IMG/VR virus record: IMGVR_UViG_3300024518_006178
Location: 1-64,000 of that record
Source of the DNA: a virus
Reading direction: 5' to 3' (one strand)
DNA: 64,000 nt
The position numbers and the translations under genes were made by a program. Shown piece after piece: positions 34,727 to 45,522 of the stretch. Numbering within the stretch: the stretch's first letter is position 1; every line of letters begins with the position of its first letter. Under the pieces are notes generated by a model. That model saw nothing but the letters and a program-made list of their open reading frames with translations. It was not told the origin of the DNA and did not search any database.

Positions 34727-37700
34727 TGCCGCCAGCTGATATGGGGTCAATGCACGCTCAGTACATGGCAGGGCAGGCTGCGTCTTCGGTGCAGGCTGGC
34801 TCCGCGTCCATGCAGCATACGATGCAGAATATGTATGCTGCCACATCCATGGGCGCTCAGACTGCCATGAGCGGCGTGCAGATGGCCGCTGGCTCTGTCT
34901 ATAACGGGGCCTCCTCGGCCCTGGGTCAGGCGTACTCCGTGGCGCAGGGGGCTGGAGGAATGTTCCAGCCCCCTGTCGGGGTCCCCTCTCCTGCGGGCGG
35001 AGTAGGAATTCCAGACGTGGTCCATGGCGCGGCTGTTGGTGCCATGACCCTGGGCGGAATGGCGGGAGGTATTGCGGCGTGGGGTCCGGCAGCAGCGGCC
35101 ACTAACCTTGCGATGGGAGGCACGGCGGCTGCGAAAGCCACGGGATTCTTCGGCGGGTTTGGTTCGATAGTCGGGCAGAACTACGCCGCTGGTGCGGCCC
35201 GAGGAGGGATGCTGCGCGGGATCGGGACCGCAGCCCTGGGCGGTGCGGGAGCGCTGGCTGTCCCTCTCGTTGCGACGGCAGCTATTGAAAAGGCCTTTTC
35301 AATCGGCGCTGAGCAGATGACTCAGATCCGAGATATTAATAACACCATGGCCAATAACATGGGCAGCTTTGGTGTTAACGATCAGAACATCTTGTCTCCT
35401 GGGCAGGCCAACTTTCGCAGGACGGCAGAGAATATTACGAACTACGTTGGCAATATTCAGGAGATCGGTCGCGGCCAGGCTGGCAAGTTTGTTGAGGGCG
35501 CTATGCAGATGGGCCTCTTTGAGGGGGCGGGCGCAGAAGGCGGCGACGGCATTACTGGCAGAGCCAGAAAGCTGGCCGATGCGATAAAGGAAAGCTCTCG
35601 CCTTCTGAATACGTCCATGGAGGAATCCCTCCAGGTCATGGGCGAGCTTCGCCAGGCTGGATTCAAGGATCCCATTGGCTCGGCGACAAGCACCATGGTG
35701 GGCAATAGGGGCATGGCTCGGGCGACAGGCGGAGTATTTTCTGCGGAGCAGATGCACGGCTACGGCATGCAGCGAGCGATGCAATTCCGTGGTGCTGGCG
35801 TTGCTGGTGAGTTCGGCTATTCGTCGGCGACCCAGAATCTGACCACCGCCACCGTAATGATGCAGCAGAACTCAATGCCCGATTGGCTTGCCATGAACCT
35901 CGGGGGCAGGCAGGGCGTCGCCCAGGTGCTCCAGCAGAGCATGGGCTCGTTCATGCAGTCCGGTCTCGGCCAGATGAATGTCATTGCTCAGGCCCAGGGG
36001 GCCGGTGGTGGCAACTTCAGCCAAATGGCTCAGGCTGCGTCGGGACAGCTTAATGATCCCATGCAGGCCGCGATGACTTTCGGTGGCCTCCCTCAAATGA
36101 TGGAGGATCAGGGTCCGCAGATGATGCAGGCCATGCAGGCCACGAATCTCTTGTCGGTTGGCCAGCAGGTGCTCGGGCCGAAGTTCGGTCAGTCCGGAGC
36201 AGAGCAGCAGATCACAGCTCTAACAGGCATGCTCTCAAAGAGTCAGGCCCTCTCGCAGCAGTTCGGCGTCCAGGATATTAATCAGGCGCGCGCCGTAGCT
36301 ACGTTTGCCGTTTCGGGCGGGGAGGCTATTCAGCAGCAGATGAATGCGCGGAGACAGGAGGTTAGCGAGACCCTCACCGAGGACTACATGTCTCGGAACT
36401 ACGGTATTCGTGGAGCTATGTACAAGGCCTCGGGCGCTGTGCAACGATTTGGGCAGAGCATAGCCAAGCCGATAGGCGACATGTACACGGGCGCTATGGG
36501 TGCCGCCCAGGAGCTCACCCAAGATATAAGCCACATGTACTACGGAACGCGCCGGGAAGTAGTCGGTAGCACCATGGAGGATCTGGCTGGTGGGATGGCC
36601 GACAGAATCCTCGGCATTAATCAAGAGGGACCGGGGCTGCTAACGGGAACAGGCGCGGCCACCAGTGAAGCTGGGTTCGAAAGGTTGCGTGGGCAGGGTC
36701 TCACTCAAAAGATAAGCGCCCAAGAATATCTTAGAAACAGGAAAAAATACGTTATCGAGGGCGGGAGCGAGATGGCGTCTCTGATCGCTGAAAAGGGGGC
36801 GAAGGCGACCGTAACGGATTACGAGCTGGCAACAGGGCAAGGGGATGCGGGTGCGGCCTTGCACGAGAAAGAGAGCCTCGCCATGGTCGAAGTTGCCCAG
36901 GTCAGCGTCCTTCAAGGTGCGAACCAGAGCGCGGCAAGGGTCAAGCTGGCAGCAGAACAAAACCTGGAGGGGGCTGAGGATTATAGTGCCGTTCTTAAGG
37001 CCACGCTCAGGTCGGGCGACCGTCTTGATTTTGCGGGCGGGACCACGGCTATTGAAAAAATGATAGTAGATCCGACGGGCATAGGCAGCAAGATCTCCGC
37101 GCTGGAGGGCCGTATTGGTCGAGGGGGAGGTAGAGACACCGCCCTTATGGGCGAGCTAGCTGCGCTTAGAGAGGAGCAGGCGGACGAAACCGCAACTCCA
37201 GATCAGATGAAGCGAAGAAGGGAGGCGATGGAGTTCAGGAAAACATATCAGACTGGCCTGCGAGGAAGACTCGGTAAGTACAAGGACATGGGGGCCATAA
37301 TTGGGGCCTATAAGGCGGGCGACGTGACCGCAGCGGACTTGATTGGCTCGGCGGCATTCGGCGCTGGCGCTGTCGAGGCCATGAAGGGCGGGGCGACTCC
37401 GGAGGAGGCCGCTGTAAAGCAACTGGAGGTTCTTGGGCTAAACGTGGCGAAGGACGAAAGGCTACAGAAGGAGCTAGGCTCTCACGGCGCATCCTCAATA
37501 GAGAATCAGACGGACGACCCAGAGGCGGCCCTGGACAATATAGCGAACTTCATGTTCGGGAGGGACGTGAAGAAGCCGCGAGTGACGGGCATAGGCAGCA
37601 TGGGTGCGTTTACTGGGCAGGCCGTTGGAATAGATCGGTACACGGAGCGCGTGGGTCCGGCATTTAAGGATCTCACAGCGGTTCAGAAAAAAGGCTTGCA

Positions 37701-38466
37701 GAAGAATCTTGGAAAGCTGGGCGAGATAGGCAAGCTTATGCGCGCCGGGGAAGATGTGGAGGCGAATCGGCTGGCCAAGCAAGTTATTGCCGGGATAGGC
37801 GGAGACAAGAGCGACTTGACGGCCACTAAACTGATGACTATGGCCGAGGACGAGCATTCTGCGATAAGCGGTGCGGCCAAGTCGGCAATGTCTGTATACG
37901 AAAAAGGCGCGATAGGCCGATGGACAACGCAAATGTCCATGGCGGCATCAGAAGTTGATCTGAGTGATGTAAAGGACAAGGGCCTCAAGGAGAGCCTGAC
38001 AGGGCTAATGACGGGGCTTTCAGGTGCGTCCGGTCGCGGCTACGAGGCCCTTGTGGCGGAGCTTGATAAGCAGGAAGACGTTATACAGCAGCTTGGCGGC
38101 AGAGGCATTGAGGAGCTTCGGAAGAAGGGGTCTGGCGGCAGGGCGTTGGCGAAGCTTATTGAGGGCAAGATAGGCAAGGATAGGGAAGAAATGAAGCTGG
38201 ATCCCGAGGAAGTGAAAAGATCCATCATGGAGACGGACGTTACCGGCGCAAGGACAGTCGCCCGGGACGGTGGTCGACAGGCTGAGCTCGACGTGGTCAC
38301 CCGAGAGATGTACATGAACATGAAGGCTGAGCGCCAGGTGATGAGCCAGATGGCCCAAGCCATGGCCATGGTGACAGACAAGCTGGAGGGTATGGGTGGC
38401 GGCAACGAGCGCGTTGGTGTTGTTCCGACTAGCGGGTCAAGAGGCCCACGGACGAGGTTAAAATAA
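34726..38466 (+). CDS. tail tape measure protein
   Basis: 1246 aa, Ala/Gly/Met/Gln-rich and helical with hydrophobic stretches; follows the chaperone pair. Confidence 0.8.
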   Translation: MPPADMGSMHAQYMAGQAASSVQAGSASMQHTMQNMYAATSMGAQTAMSGVQMAAGSVYNGASSALGQAYSVAQGAGGMFQPPVGVPSPAGGVGIPDVVHGAAVGAMTLGGMAGGIAAWGPAAAATNLAMGGTAAAKATGFFGGFGSIVGQNYAAGAARGGMLRGIGTAALGGAGALAVPLVATAAIEKAFSIGAEQMTQIRDINNTMANNMGSFGVNDQNILSPGQANFRRTAENITNYVGNIQEIGRGQAGKFVEGAMQMGLFEGAGAEGGDGITGRARKLADAIKESSRLLNTSMEESLQVMGELRQAGFKDPIGSATSTMVGNRGMARATGGVFSAEQMHGYGMQRAMQFRGAGVAGEFGYSSATQNLTTATVMMQQNSMPDWLAMNLGGRQGVAQVLQQSMGSFMQSGLGQMNVIAQAQGAGGGNFSQMAQAASGQLNDPMQAAMTFGGLPQMMEDQGPQMMQAMQATNLLSVGQQVLGPKFGQSGAEQQITALTGMLSKSQALSQQFGVQDINQARAVATFAVSGGEAIQQQMNARRQEVSETLTEDYMSRNYGIRGAMYKASGAVQRFGQSIAKPIGDMYTGAMGAAQELTQDISHMYYGTRREVVGSTMEDLAGGMADRILGINQEGPGLLTGTGAATSEAGFERLRGQGLTQKISAQEYLRNRKKYVIEGGSEMASLIAEKGAKATVTDYELATGQGDAGAALHEKESLAMVEVAQVSVLQGANQSAARVKLAAEQNLEGAEDYSAVLKATLRSGDRLDFAGGTTAIEKMIVDPTGIGSKISALEGRIGRGGGRDTALMGELAALREEQADETATPDQMKRRREAMEFRKTYQTGLRGRLGKYKDMGAIIGAYKAGDVTAADLIGSAAFGAGAVEAMKGGATPEEAAVKQLEVLGLNVAKDERLQKELGSHGASSIENQTDDPEAALDNIANFMFGRDVKKPRVTGIGSMGAFTGQAVGIDRYTERVGPAFKDLTAVQKKGLQKNLGKLGEIGKLMRAGEDVEANRLAKQVIAGIGGDKSDLTATKLMTMAEDEHSAISGAAKSAMSVYEKGAIGRWTTQMSMAASEVDLSDVKDKGLKESLTGLMTGLSGASGRGYEALVAELDKQEDVIQQLGGRGIEELRKKGSGGRALAKLIEGKIGKDREEMKLDPEEVKRSIMETDVTGARTVARDGGRQAELDVVTREMYMNMKAERQVMSQMAQAMAMVTDKLEGMGGGNERVGVVPTSGSRGPRTRLK

Positions 38467-38915
38467 TGGGCGTAGAAGACGTTGATGATCCTCTGGATTT
38501 CACGAAGATCAATGCCGTACCGGAAGATCTTCCGCCGCTCCCGCCGCAGTCGAGAGAGCTGCCGCAGAGAGCCTCGGATGATGGGCAAAGATTTATTGCC
38601 AGCCAGCTGCTGTCGGCCAACTATGCGTGGCAGACCAGGGATATTTTCGCGTCCGGGGAAAGAGATTTGAGTGGTCCGGTTAACGCCAATAGGTGGCAAG
38701 CCAGGGGCATCTTTGCTCAGACCATATCAGCCGAGGACACGGAGCAGGAGCTCGCCGATTCGGACGAAGCCCGCACCGAGCTGGGCGTGCCCTTGGTTGA
38801 TCCGGAGTTGTTCGTCGGTCTCCGTCCGCCAGGGAACGCCGCCAGCGTCGTGGCGCAATTCGTCGAGGCGATGGGCATTGAGCAGGCTTATGTCGATGAC
38901 GTGAGGGAAATCTAA
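38466..38915 (+). CDS. hypothetical tail-module protein
   Basis: Coupled ORF. Confidence 0.55.
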   Translation: MGVEDVDDPLDFTKINAVPEDLPPLPPQSRELPQRASDDGQRFIASQLLSANYAWQTRDIFASGERDLSGPVNANRWQARGIFAQTISAEDTEQELADSDEARTELGVPLVDPELFVGLRPPGNAASVVAQFVEAMGIEQAYVDDVREI

Positions 38916-39319
38916 TGGCCGAGATTAAATTTCCGGTAGCGGCACAGATAACCCTGACTGACATTGGTCCTGACGATAAGATCCGTCTGTGTGACTTCGG
39001 TGGGACCCAGGCCGAGAGAGAGGGTAAGTATCGCCTGTCCGTCGCCTACAAGTTGCTTCATAAGCGTAAGCAGCTTGAGGACTCGGACTACGATCCGACA
39101 GATCCCGCCGGGGCGGTTTCAGGTGTCCCCGTTACGGCTGACGAGTATCGTCAGGCAACAGACAACCTGGAGCAAATCCTGATCCCTCTCGATGAAGAGG
39201 AGGTGTTTACCAGTAAGCACCTCATATTCTCCGCATCATCCATATCTGGAGTAGCGGACGAAGAGAACGACTACTATAGGAACTTGCTTGAGACGGCAAG
39301 GGACTTCATAACGAGGTAG
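38915..39319 (+). CDS. hypothetical tail-module protein
   Basis: Coupled ORF. Confidence 0.55.
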   Translation: MAEIKFPVAAQITLTDIGPDDKIRLCDFGGTQAEREGKYRLSVAYKLLHKRKQLEDSDYDPTDPAGAVSGVPVTADEYRQATDNLEQILIPLDEEEVFTSKHLIFSASSISGVADEENDYYRNLLETARDFITR

Positions 39320-39321
39320 CC

Positions 39322-40290
39322 ATGGCTCTTAGAGCGCTTGATCCGAGGCAGGCTGGCGAATACGCCCAGGTAGCTCAGTTTGAGCTGTCTGACGACCCAA
39401 CAAGGCAGGGCTATCTTGCCAATGTGGGCGTGCCGACCGACCCACGAGACAAGATATTCGGGAGCATCGTGAGCCGCCTGGCTGGCGACAGCTTTTCGGC
39501 TACGACGCTCAGGCAGAACGTGATAAATCGGCGCAACTCGACGTACAGGTCGACGCAGCTGAAGGAAGAGACGGTGGCGTCGCTCAGGATAGTCGCCGGT
39601 AAGACCGAGCCCAATGGGGATTACAGTAACTTCTCCAATATGGGCGGCGGCGTGACCATCTTTGGCACGGACCAGTTCGCGTTGCAGTCCGCTGCCGAGT
39701 CTGATTCTGAGCGCGTCCAGATTGTTGAGACCTTCGGCGAGCCGGTCGTGTTCTTCTACGGTCGCAGGCCCAGGGTGTTCAGCTACAACGGCTTCCTCTT
39801 CAATTCTGGGCAGACCCAGAGCCTGATCCCGGCAGCGAGCACGGATACCTTCCAGCGGGGGTCGGGGGAACAGTCCAAACTTTGGCGCGACAACTTCAAG
39901 ATGGCCTACGACCTGTTCCTCCGGGGCACCAAGGCCGTGGAGTTCAAGGCCAGGTGCTACCTGACGTATGACCGTGTTGTGCGTGAAGGTTTCCTGATAA
40001 GCATGAACATGAGCCAGGACATTCGCCCCAACATGGTCCAGTTGGCCTTCCAGATGTTCGTCATGAGAGAGATCAACGTCGACTCCGTGATGGCCATGGC
40101 GACCAACACTCTTGACGGGGTCCCGGCACCGGCGTCTCCGGCGGATGCGGATCCGGAGGCTGTCGCCAAGCGCGTCAGCCAGGGCGGGCGCATCTACCTG
40201 GATAGCCTGTCCGACACTAATTCCGTCGAAACCGGCCCCGTGGACTTCCCGCTGCCGACCGTTAGCCAAGCTGGACAGGATGTGGGCTAA
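39322..40290 (+). CDS. putative tube-initiator/baseplate protein
   Basis: ERVQIVETFG...FFYG.RPR.FSY.G.L and YD..LRGT motifs; position. Confidence 0.55.
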   Translation: MALRALDPRQAGEYAQVAQFELSDDPTRQGYLANVGVPTDPRDKIFGSIVSRLAGDSFSATTLRQNVINRRNSTYRSTQLKEETVASLRIVAGKTEPNGDYSNFSNMGGGVTIFGTDQFALQSAAESDSERVQIVETFGEPVVFFYGRRPRVFSYNGFLFNSGQTQSLIPAASTDTFQRGSGEQSKLWRDNFKMAYDLFLRGTKAVEFKARCYLTYDRVVREGFLISMNMSQDIRPNMVQLAFQMFVMREINVDSVMAMATNTLDGVPAPASPADADPEAVAKRVSQGGRIYLDSLSDTNSVETGPVDFPLPTVSQAGQDVG

Positions 40291-40304
40291 GCCCAGGGAC
40301 AAGT

Positions 40305-42464
40305 ATGGCATCAGAAGGTCGCTACGATTATAAGCTCTACATAGAGGGCATCGAGGTACCATTCACCTCGGCGTCGATCACTGCCTCAGTGAATTCTGTT
40401 GGCCAGTGCACGATTAATATGCCGCCTGCGACCAGCCTCAGGCTCATAAGGCCCAGGTCCTTGGTGCACATCTTTTGGCTCGACGACTATCAGGGGCCTC
40501 TCCCCGGCGGCGAGTTTCAGGAGAGGTCTGTCTGGCGACTGTTGTGGGAAGGGGAGGCGATTGGCTACAGCTACAGCAAGTCAGCTGCATCCAGAAGCAT
40601 GACCCTGACCTGTCAGGACATGACCAACTATTGGCAGACGACCCTGAACTACCAGCTATCTGCCGATCAGGCTGGCTACCAGAAGACGAAGAAGAATCTG
40701 GCAATTGGAGCAAAGAAGGCGGACGTGGTGGCGTTCCAGCCGATCACGCAGTTCTATAACAAGTTCTTTGAGGGCCGGAACTTTGTGGACGCCCTGCTGG
40801 AGATGCTAAAGTCGTTTACGGACGACCTGGTTCATTACAGCGCCATCAATGACAGGGTGAAGCTCAACCAGAAGATAGACGTTGTTGAGGATCTGGAGTC
40901 CCGAGGACTGCTCTCGTCCCGGGTGGGGGCGGAATGGATCAGGGGCATATTCGGCAACCAGGGCGGAAAAATATCGCTGCTCCAATTCGTAAACACCCTA
41001 AAGCAGCTAATATTCTACGTGCATACGCCTGTCGTAGCGCCGCCGTTCAGGAAAGATGGCTCGTTCACGAGCACCATCTTGCTGCCGCAGATACACATGA
41101 CGTTGCCGCCAAGATGCAACTGCTTCTTCCCTGACATGATCACCAGCCTTAACTTCGGGAGGAACTTCCTCGCGGAGCCCACGCGCATGCTGTTGTCCAC
41201 AAAGAACGTGTGGGCTCAGAATGAGCTGTTCAATTCGCTATATGTTGCCCCCGCAGTGCTTGGCGAAGCTACCGACAGCGTGGTCATAGCGAACAACCAG
41301 GGTGGCGCAAAGCTCACCCCAGAACAAGCGGTGAAGTTTAAGGGGGCGCAGGCCATACCGGCCCTGACAGAAGAAGAGGTAGAGAAGGGGATCATAGGCA
41401 CTGAGGTGGGCCTGCCGTTTCCTAAATTCGCCGCGATGACTGGCAGGGGCGACGTTAACGAGACGGCCAAGAAGGTGGCGGAATTTCAGTTCCAGCTTGC
41501 CCGCATCACAAACAGGTCGGCCACCATGGTGATGCAGTTCAACCCGTGGCCCGTTGTTGGTTTTCCGTGCGCCATGTTCGATGCAGTTCAAAGCTACTTT
41601 GGAAGCGTTGTGAATATCACGCACAATATATCCACCAGCGAAGGCTCGATGACCCATATCGACACCAATATGGTTCGGGAGATGATTCCATCGGACGGCA
41701 CAAACTATGTCTATATGCCCGACTGGATAAACAAGAAGTATCACCCCGACAAGGTCGTCGGCCCCAATGGTACATACTCGACGCTCCTCGGCTGTGACGG
41801 CATGGTGCCTCTTGGCATTGATGATGCAAGGGCGGCGCTCGCCCCGGCGACGGTGGGTCCCCAGAGGCCCTCAACCAGTCCATTAAGCGGGAGCGTTATC
41901 GGGTCCGTCTTCGGCAATTTCATTCAGGAAGAGCAGTCGCTCCTCAACGCCCTCGGCTTCGCGTCAAGTGGGCAGTGGGACCTGACTGCGATAGCCGATC
42001 AGATATTCGAGCTGGAAAGGCCAAGCCTGATCACAGGCGAGACGCGCGCCCCGAGCGGGGAGTACGACAAGCGTGTCATCAAGGGGGATAGCTGGCAGTA
42101 TTGTCAGGCGTTCATACGCAGGAGCTGCGCCACATTCAAAGAGGTGTGGTCGGGACTGTACGGCATGTTCGTGGAGGATGACGCCGACTTCAATCCCCCC
42201 ATATCTGTCCCGTCGGATCTGTCATTCGACGCTGAGATCTTCCGGGGCAACAACGGGCAATTGGAGTTCGTGGGAGATTCCAGGCTGTTGGGGACGCCGT
42301 TCGATTACAGCCCAAACCCGGATGACATACCGCCTGACAGAATCGTGAGGCCCCAGAGTCGGAACGGACAAAACGTGGACGTAACTACAGCGGGGCACAA
42401 AAGATTCCCCATTTGGCTCTATCGACAGGAAACTGTTGATGAAAGAGCGATTGACGGGAGATAA
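40305..42464 (+). CDS. putative baseplate hub protein
   Basis: KLYIEGIEVP N-terminus; PPRCN..FP; FNPWPVVGFP; position. Confidence 0.6.
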   Translation: MASEGRYDYKLYIEGIEVPFTSASITASVNSVGQCTINMPPATSLRLIRPRSLVHIFWLDDYQGPLPGGEFQERSVWRLLWEGEAIGYSYSKSAASRSMTLTCQDMTNYWQTTLNYQLSADQAGYQKTKKNLAIGAKKADVVAFQPITQFYNKFFEGRNFVDALLEMLKSFTDDLVHYSAINDRVKLNQKIDVVEDLESRGLLSSRVGAEWIRGIFGNQGGKISLLQFVNTLKQLIFYVHTPVVAPPFRKDGSFTSTILLPQIHMTLPPRCNCFFPDMITSLNFGRNFLAEPTRMLLSTKNVWAQNELFNSLYVAPAVLGEATDSVVIANNQGGAKLTPEQAVKFKGAQAIPALTEEEVEKGIIGTEVGLPFPKFAAMTGRGDVNETAKKVAEFQFQLARITNRSATMVMQFNPWPVVGFPCAMFDAVQSYFGSVVNITHNISTSEGSMTHIDTNMVREMIPSDGTNYVYMPDWINKKYHPDKVVGPNGTYSTLLGCDGMVPLGIDDARAALAPATVGPQRPSTSPLSGSVIGSVFGNFIQEEQSLLNALGFASSGQWDLTAIADQIFELERPSLITGETRAPSGEYDKRVIKGDSWQYCQAFIRRSCATFKEVWSGLYGMFVEDDADFNPPISVPSDLSFDAEIFRGNNGQLEFVGDSRLLGTPFDYSPNPDDIPPDRIVRPQSRNGQNVDVTTAGHKRFPIWLYRQETVDERAIDGR

Positions 42465-42466
42465 TC

Positions 42467-43168
42467 ATGGCCAACCTCACTAGCGAACAGGCCGTCACCA
42501 TATGGCGGCAATGGAGCATGGATAAGGATCCACAGAAGCTGAGTCAGCTGCTGAGCTATGTGCATCCGACGATCCAGCATCGGGTGGGACAGTTCGCCTC
42601 GGCTCCCGTGGCGAACGTAAACATCGAGGCGCAGGCCAAGAAGGAAGCCGTACTGGCGATGCAGAGCTTCGACCCGTCGAAAGGCGCGTCGCTTAGGACC
42701 CACGTGTCGAACAGGATGCAGAAGGTCTTTCGATACGTGTCTCAGAGGCAGAATATCGGCAGAATTCCCGAGCACCGGGTCACGAAGATCAGCCTATTCA
42801 AGACGGCCAAGGATGAGTTGTTCCAGAAGTTCGGGCGTGAGGGCACGACCATAGAGCTGGCGGAGTACCTCAAGTGGTCGCCACAGGAAGTCGCCAGGAT
42901 GGAGGCCGAGCAGAGGAAGGACCTCGGGCACTCCCTAAGCTTCCAGGACCAGGCCTTCACGGACTTCAGTCGAAACATGGAGACGATCAACTTTGCCTAT
43001 TTCAGCATGACGCCGCAGGAGCAGTTGGTGTACGACTACTCGGTTGGCGCTCACGGCAAGCAGAGAATAAAGGCCAGTGAGATCGCACGGAAGCTGGGGG
43101 TGTCCCCGTCCCAGGTGTCCAAGATCAAGCGGAAGATCTCTGAGAAGATCATGAAGCACACGAGGTAG
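42467..43168 (+). CDS. sigma70-family sigma factor (FliA/SigF-like, regions 2-4)
   Basis: FDPSKGASLRTHV (region 2), GREGTTIELAEYL (region 3), EIARKLGVSPSQVSKIK (region 4 HTH). Confidence 0.85.
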   Translation: MANLTSEQAVTIWRQWSMDKDPQKLSQLLSYVHPTIQHRVGQFASAPVANVNIEAQAKKEAVLAMQSFDPSKGASLRTHVSNRMQKVFRYVSQRQNIGRIPEHRVTKISLFKTAKDELFQKFGREGTTIELAEYLKWSPQEVARMEAEQRKDLGHSLSFQDQAFTDFSRNMETINFAYFSMTPQEQLVYDYSVGAHGKQRIKASEIARKLGVSPSQVSKIKRKISEKIMKHTR

Positions 43169-43170
43169 AC

Positions 43171-45087
43171 ATGAGTCGCGTATCCGAAATCCAGAAAGAG
43201 GGCCGGGAGGTAGTTGATCGCCTCACCGAGCGCCTTCGTCAGGATGCGGCTACGATTGACGTGTCCAATAACGACCCGTTATCGCAGGCTGTCCAGGCCA
43301 TAATAGCGCAGGTCACCGACCTCTCGAAGGCCACGGCCCTTCTTGGTGGTCTTATGGACGACTTTGGATCGGTTCCCCAGTTCGAGAAGAGCGTCAAAAA
43401 TCTCGCGAATCTCGCCGTGAGCTCGATACTCAACCCTGGGTCCGCGAATCGTCTGGCAACAATGCTGAAGAGCGGAGCAGCTGATTTTGCGGCATCCGCG
43501 CTTAGGGACTCCTCCCTGAGCTCTGATTTGGCGGCGGTGACCGGAAGGGCCTCGTTTGGTGACCTGGCAAGGCCGTCACGAGCAAGGGGTAGCAGCGTAT
43601 TGCACGGTGACGGCAGCACCGTGACGGAGGTCGAAAGGAAGAACTACGATCCGACCAGACAGGCGTTCAACACCGCCTTCGGCGTGGTCGGCATGTCGAT
43701 GGGCCTTGCGCCGGTAAATATCGTGGGAGGTATATCTGCCGGGGCGATAAGCTTTAACAACCTCCTGACGTTCGGCGTAGATAAGGTGGAAAGGGTCCTG
43801 GATATTCAGCGACGAGTCATCGACTTGATAGCAACCCTGCCCGCAGAGTTCTTTGAGTCGAAGTTCGTCGATAATGTTCGCCAGGCGGCAAACTTCTGCC
43901 GTGATGCCGACGTGTCGCTCACCCAGGTGAGGTCGCAATTGATCTCCCTCGGGGCGTTCCCCAGGTCGACCTTTAACAACGCTAAGGAATCGATCAGAAA
44001 GGCCGACCAGGCCCTGGCCGGGCCTCCGTCAGAGAGTTTTCCTCTTGCCGAGATATTCGCCCTATTGGACGAGATGGAGAAGGCTCTTGTAGATTTGGAG
44101 GTTTGGCTGGCTGACACGGAGAATCGAACAAAGGCCATACTGGATGGCCTCGTTCCGTTTCTTGCTGGCAGGGCGCTAGGCGCTTCCTTTGCTGGTCTCA
44201 TACAGCTTTCCCAGGATAATCTGCGGGGTCTCATAGAGAACATGGAGGCCGCCCTGAAGCGTCCTTCGAAGGCGATAATAAACCCTCTGCTGCCCATATG
44301 GCGACTACAGCTTCAGACTCTGAACAATACCATGTGCGGTTTGGGGGAGTTCATCGCCACCTACCTGGACGAGGATCCAGATGGCTTTATTGGCGAAATT
44401 ACGCTGGCCCAGGATGCTCTCAGGGCGCTGCCAGGATTCGAAGAGAGTATAAAGCTGTTCATTTCGTCGCAGAGAGCCTTTATCCGGACGACGAAGAAGA
44501 TACTTGATGTGAATACTGGCTTTGGGGCTTTGGCGGCCTTCGCCTCGCAGGGCATCGTATCTGCGACACAGAGCCTCAGCGACATTAACTCCATCAAGGA
44601 TGCGCTCGATCTTTTCCCTATTCCCGACGCCTTGGTGGTGGAAGCTACGGAAACTTTAGCTAAAATGTTAGAGCAGTTTGGCTTCGATAGGGCGGCAGGG
44701 GCATTCAGGACAGGCGATTTTGACTCGCTGTTCGCCATGAATGCGCTCACGGCCACCTTCAGCGGGGCGGCCCTAAGCAGGGTGACGGACTGGATAAACT
44801 GCATAGGGACCCTTCCGACGGCGCAGCAATCGGACAGTGAGTTGGCGGACAAGGTTCAGGAGGCCCTGTATCAGATTCGCCAGAAGGAGCAGCTGGCCGC
44901 TCAGACATTCAACCAGTGGAAGGTGAAGGCGGCCCAGAGGATCGACGAGGTGCAACTGCCGTTGGTGCAGAAGCTGGATGACGCCATCAACAGATTGACG
45001 AGCAACATGATAGGGACGCCGTGTGGCGAAGGGACTACAGCTAAAGTAGTTGGGTTCCTTGAACAAGTTGGGGGGCAAATTCTCTAA
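43171..45087 (+). CDS. hypothetical helical protein (baseplate module)
   Basis: 638-aa coupled ORF. Confidence 0.6.
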   Translation: MSRVSEIQKEGREVVDRLTERLRQDAATIDVSNNDPLSQAVQAIIAQVTDLSKATALLGGLMDDFGSVPQFEKSVKNLANLAVSSILNPGSANRLATMLKSGAADFAASALRDSSLSSDLAAVTGRASFGDLARPSRARGSSVLHGDGSTVTEVERKNYDPTRQAFNTAFGVVGMSMGLAPVNIVGGISAGAISFNNLLTFGVDKVERVLDIQRRVIDLIATLPAEFFESKFVDNVRQAANFCRDADVSLTQVRSQLISLGAFPRSTFNNAKESIRKADQALAGPPSESFPLAEIFALLDEMEKALVDLEVWLADTENRTKAILDGLVPFLAGRALGASFAGLIQLSQDNLRGLIENMEAALKRPSKAIINPLLPIWRLQLQTLNNTMCGLGEFIATYLDEDPDGFIGEITLAQDALRALPGFEESIKLFISSQRAFIRTTKKILDVNTGFGALAAFASQGIVSATQSLSDINSIKDALDLFPIPDALVVEATETLAKMLEQFGFDRAAGAFRTGDFDSLFAMNALTATFSGAALSRVTDWINCIGTLPTAQQSDSELADKVQEALYQIRQKEQLAAQTFNQWKVKAAQRIDEVQLPLVQKLDDAINRLTSNMIGTPCGEGTTAKVVGFLEQVGGQIL

Positions 45088-45512
45088 TGAGTGACGATGT
45101 TAGAGTAGTGGTGCCGAACGAGTTCAATTACTTGAAGCGCACGAGCACCAACAATCCGCAGCCCGCCAGGGGGATGGAAAAGCTCGTTCAGGAGGTGTCA
45201 AAAGCCATCCTGACCGAACCTGGCCGGGACATATTTGCCCCGGAGTACGGCATGGGGCTGAGGCAGATGATGCCCGTAGCTGCACGGAGCACCTCCGAAG
45301 AGGGCCTGCTCGGCGACGTTACTATCGGCCTGTCCAGGATCGAGTCAAGCATAAAGGCTCACCAGTCGACAGAGAAGAACGAACAGGAAGAGATGTTGCG
45401 CAGTCTGTCTCTTCTGGCTGTCAGGTTTGACCAGCAAAACCTGAAGTGGGAGATCTGGATACAGGTCGCCAATCAGGCGGGGCAGACAGCAACAGTCCCG
45501 ATGAATCCATAG
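45087..45512 (+). CDS. gp25-like baseplate wedge/sheath initiator
   Basis: KLVQ.V.K.ILT.PG.D.F.PEYG.GL motif. Confidence 0.75.
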   Translation: MSDDVRVVVPNEFNYLKRTSTNNPQPARGMEKLVQEVSKAILTEPGRDIFAPEYGMGLRQMMPVAARSTSEEGLLGDVTIGLSRIESSIKAHQSTEKNEQEEMLRSLSLLAVRFDQQNLKWEIWIQVANQAGQTATVPMNP

Positions 45513-45522
45513 GGGTAAAAAA

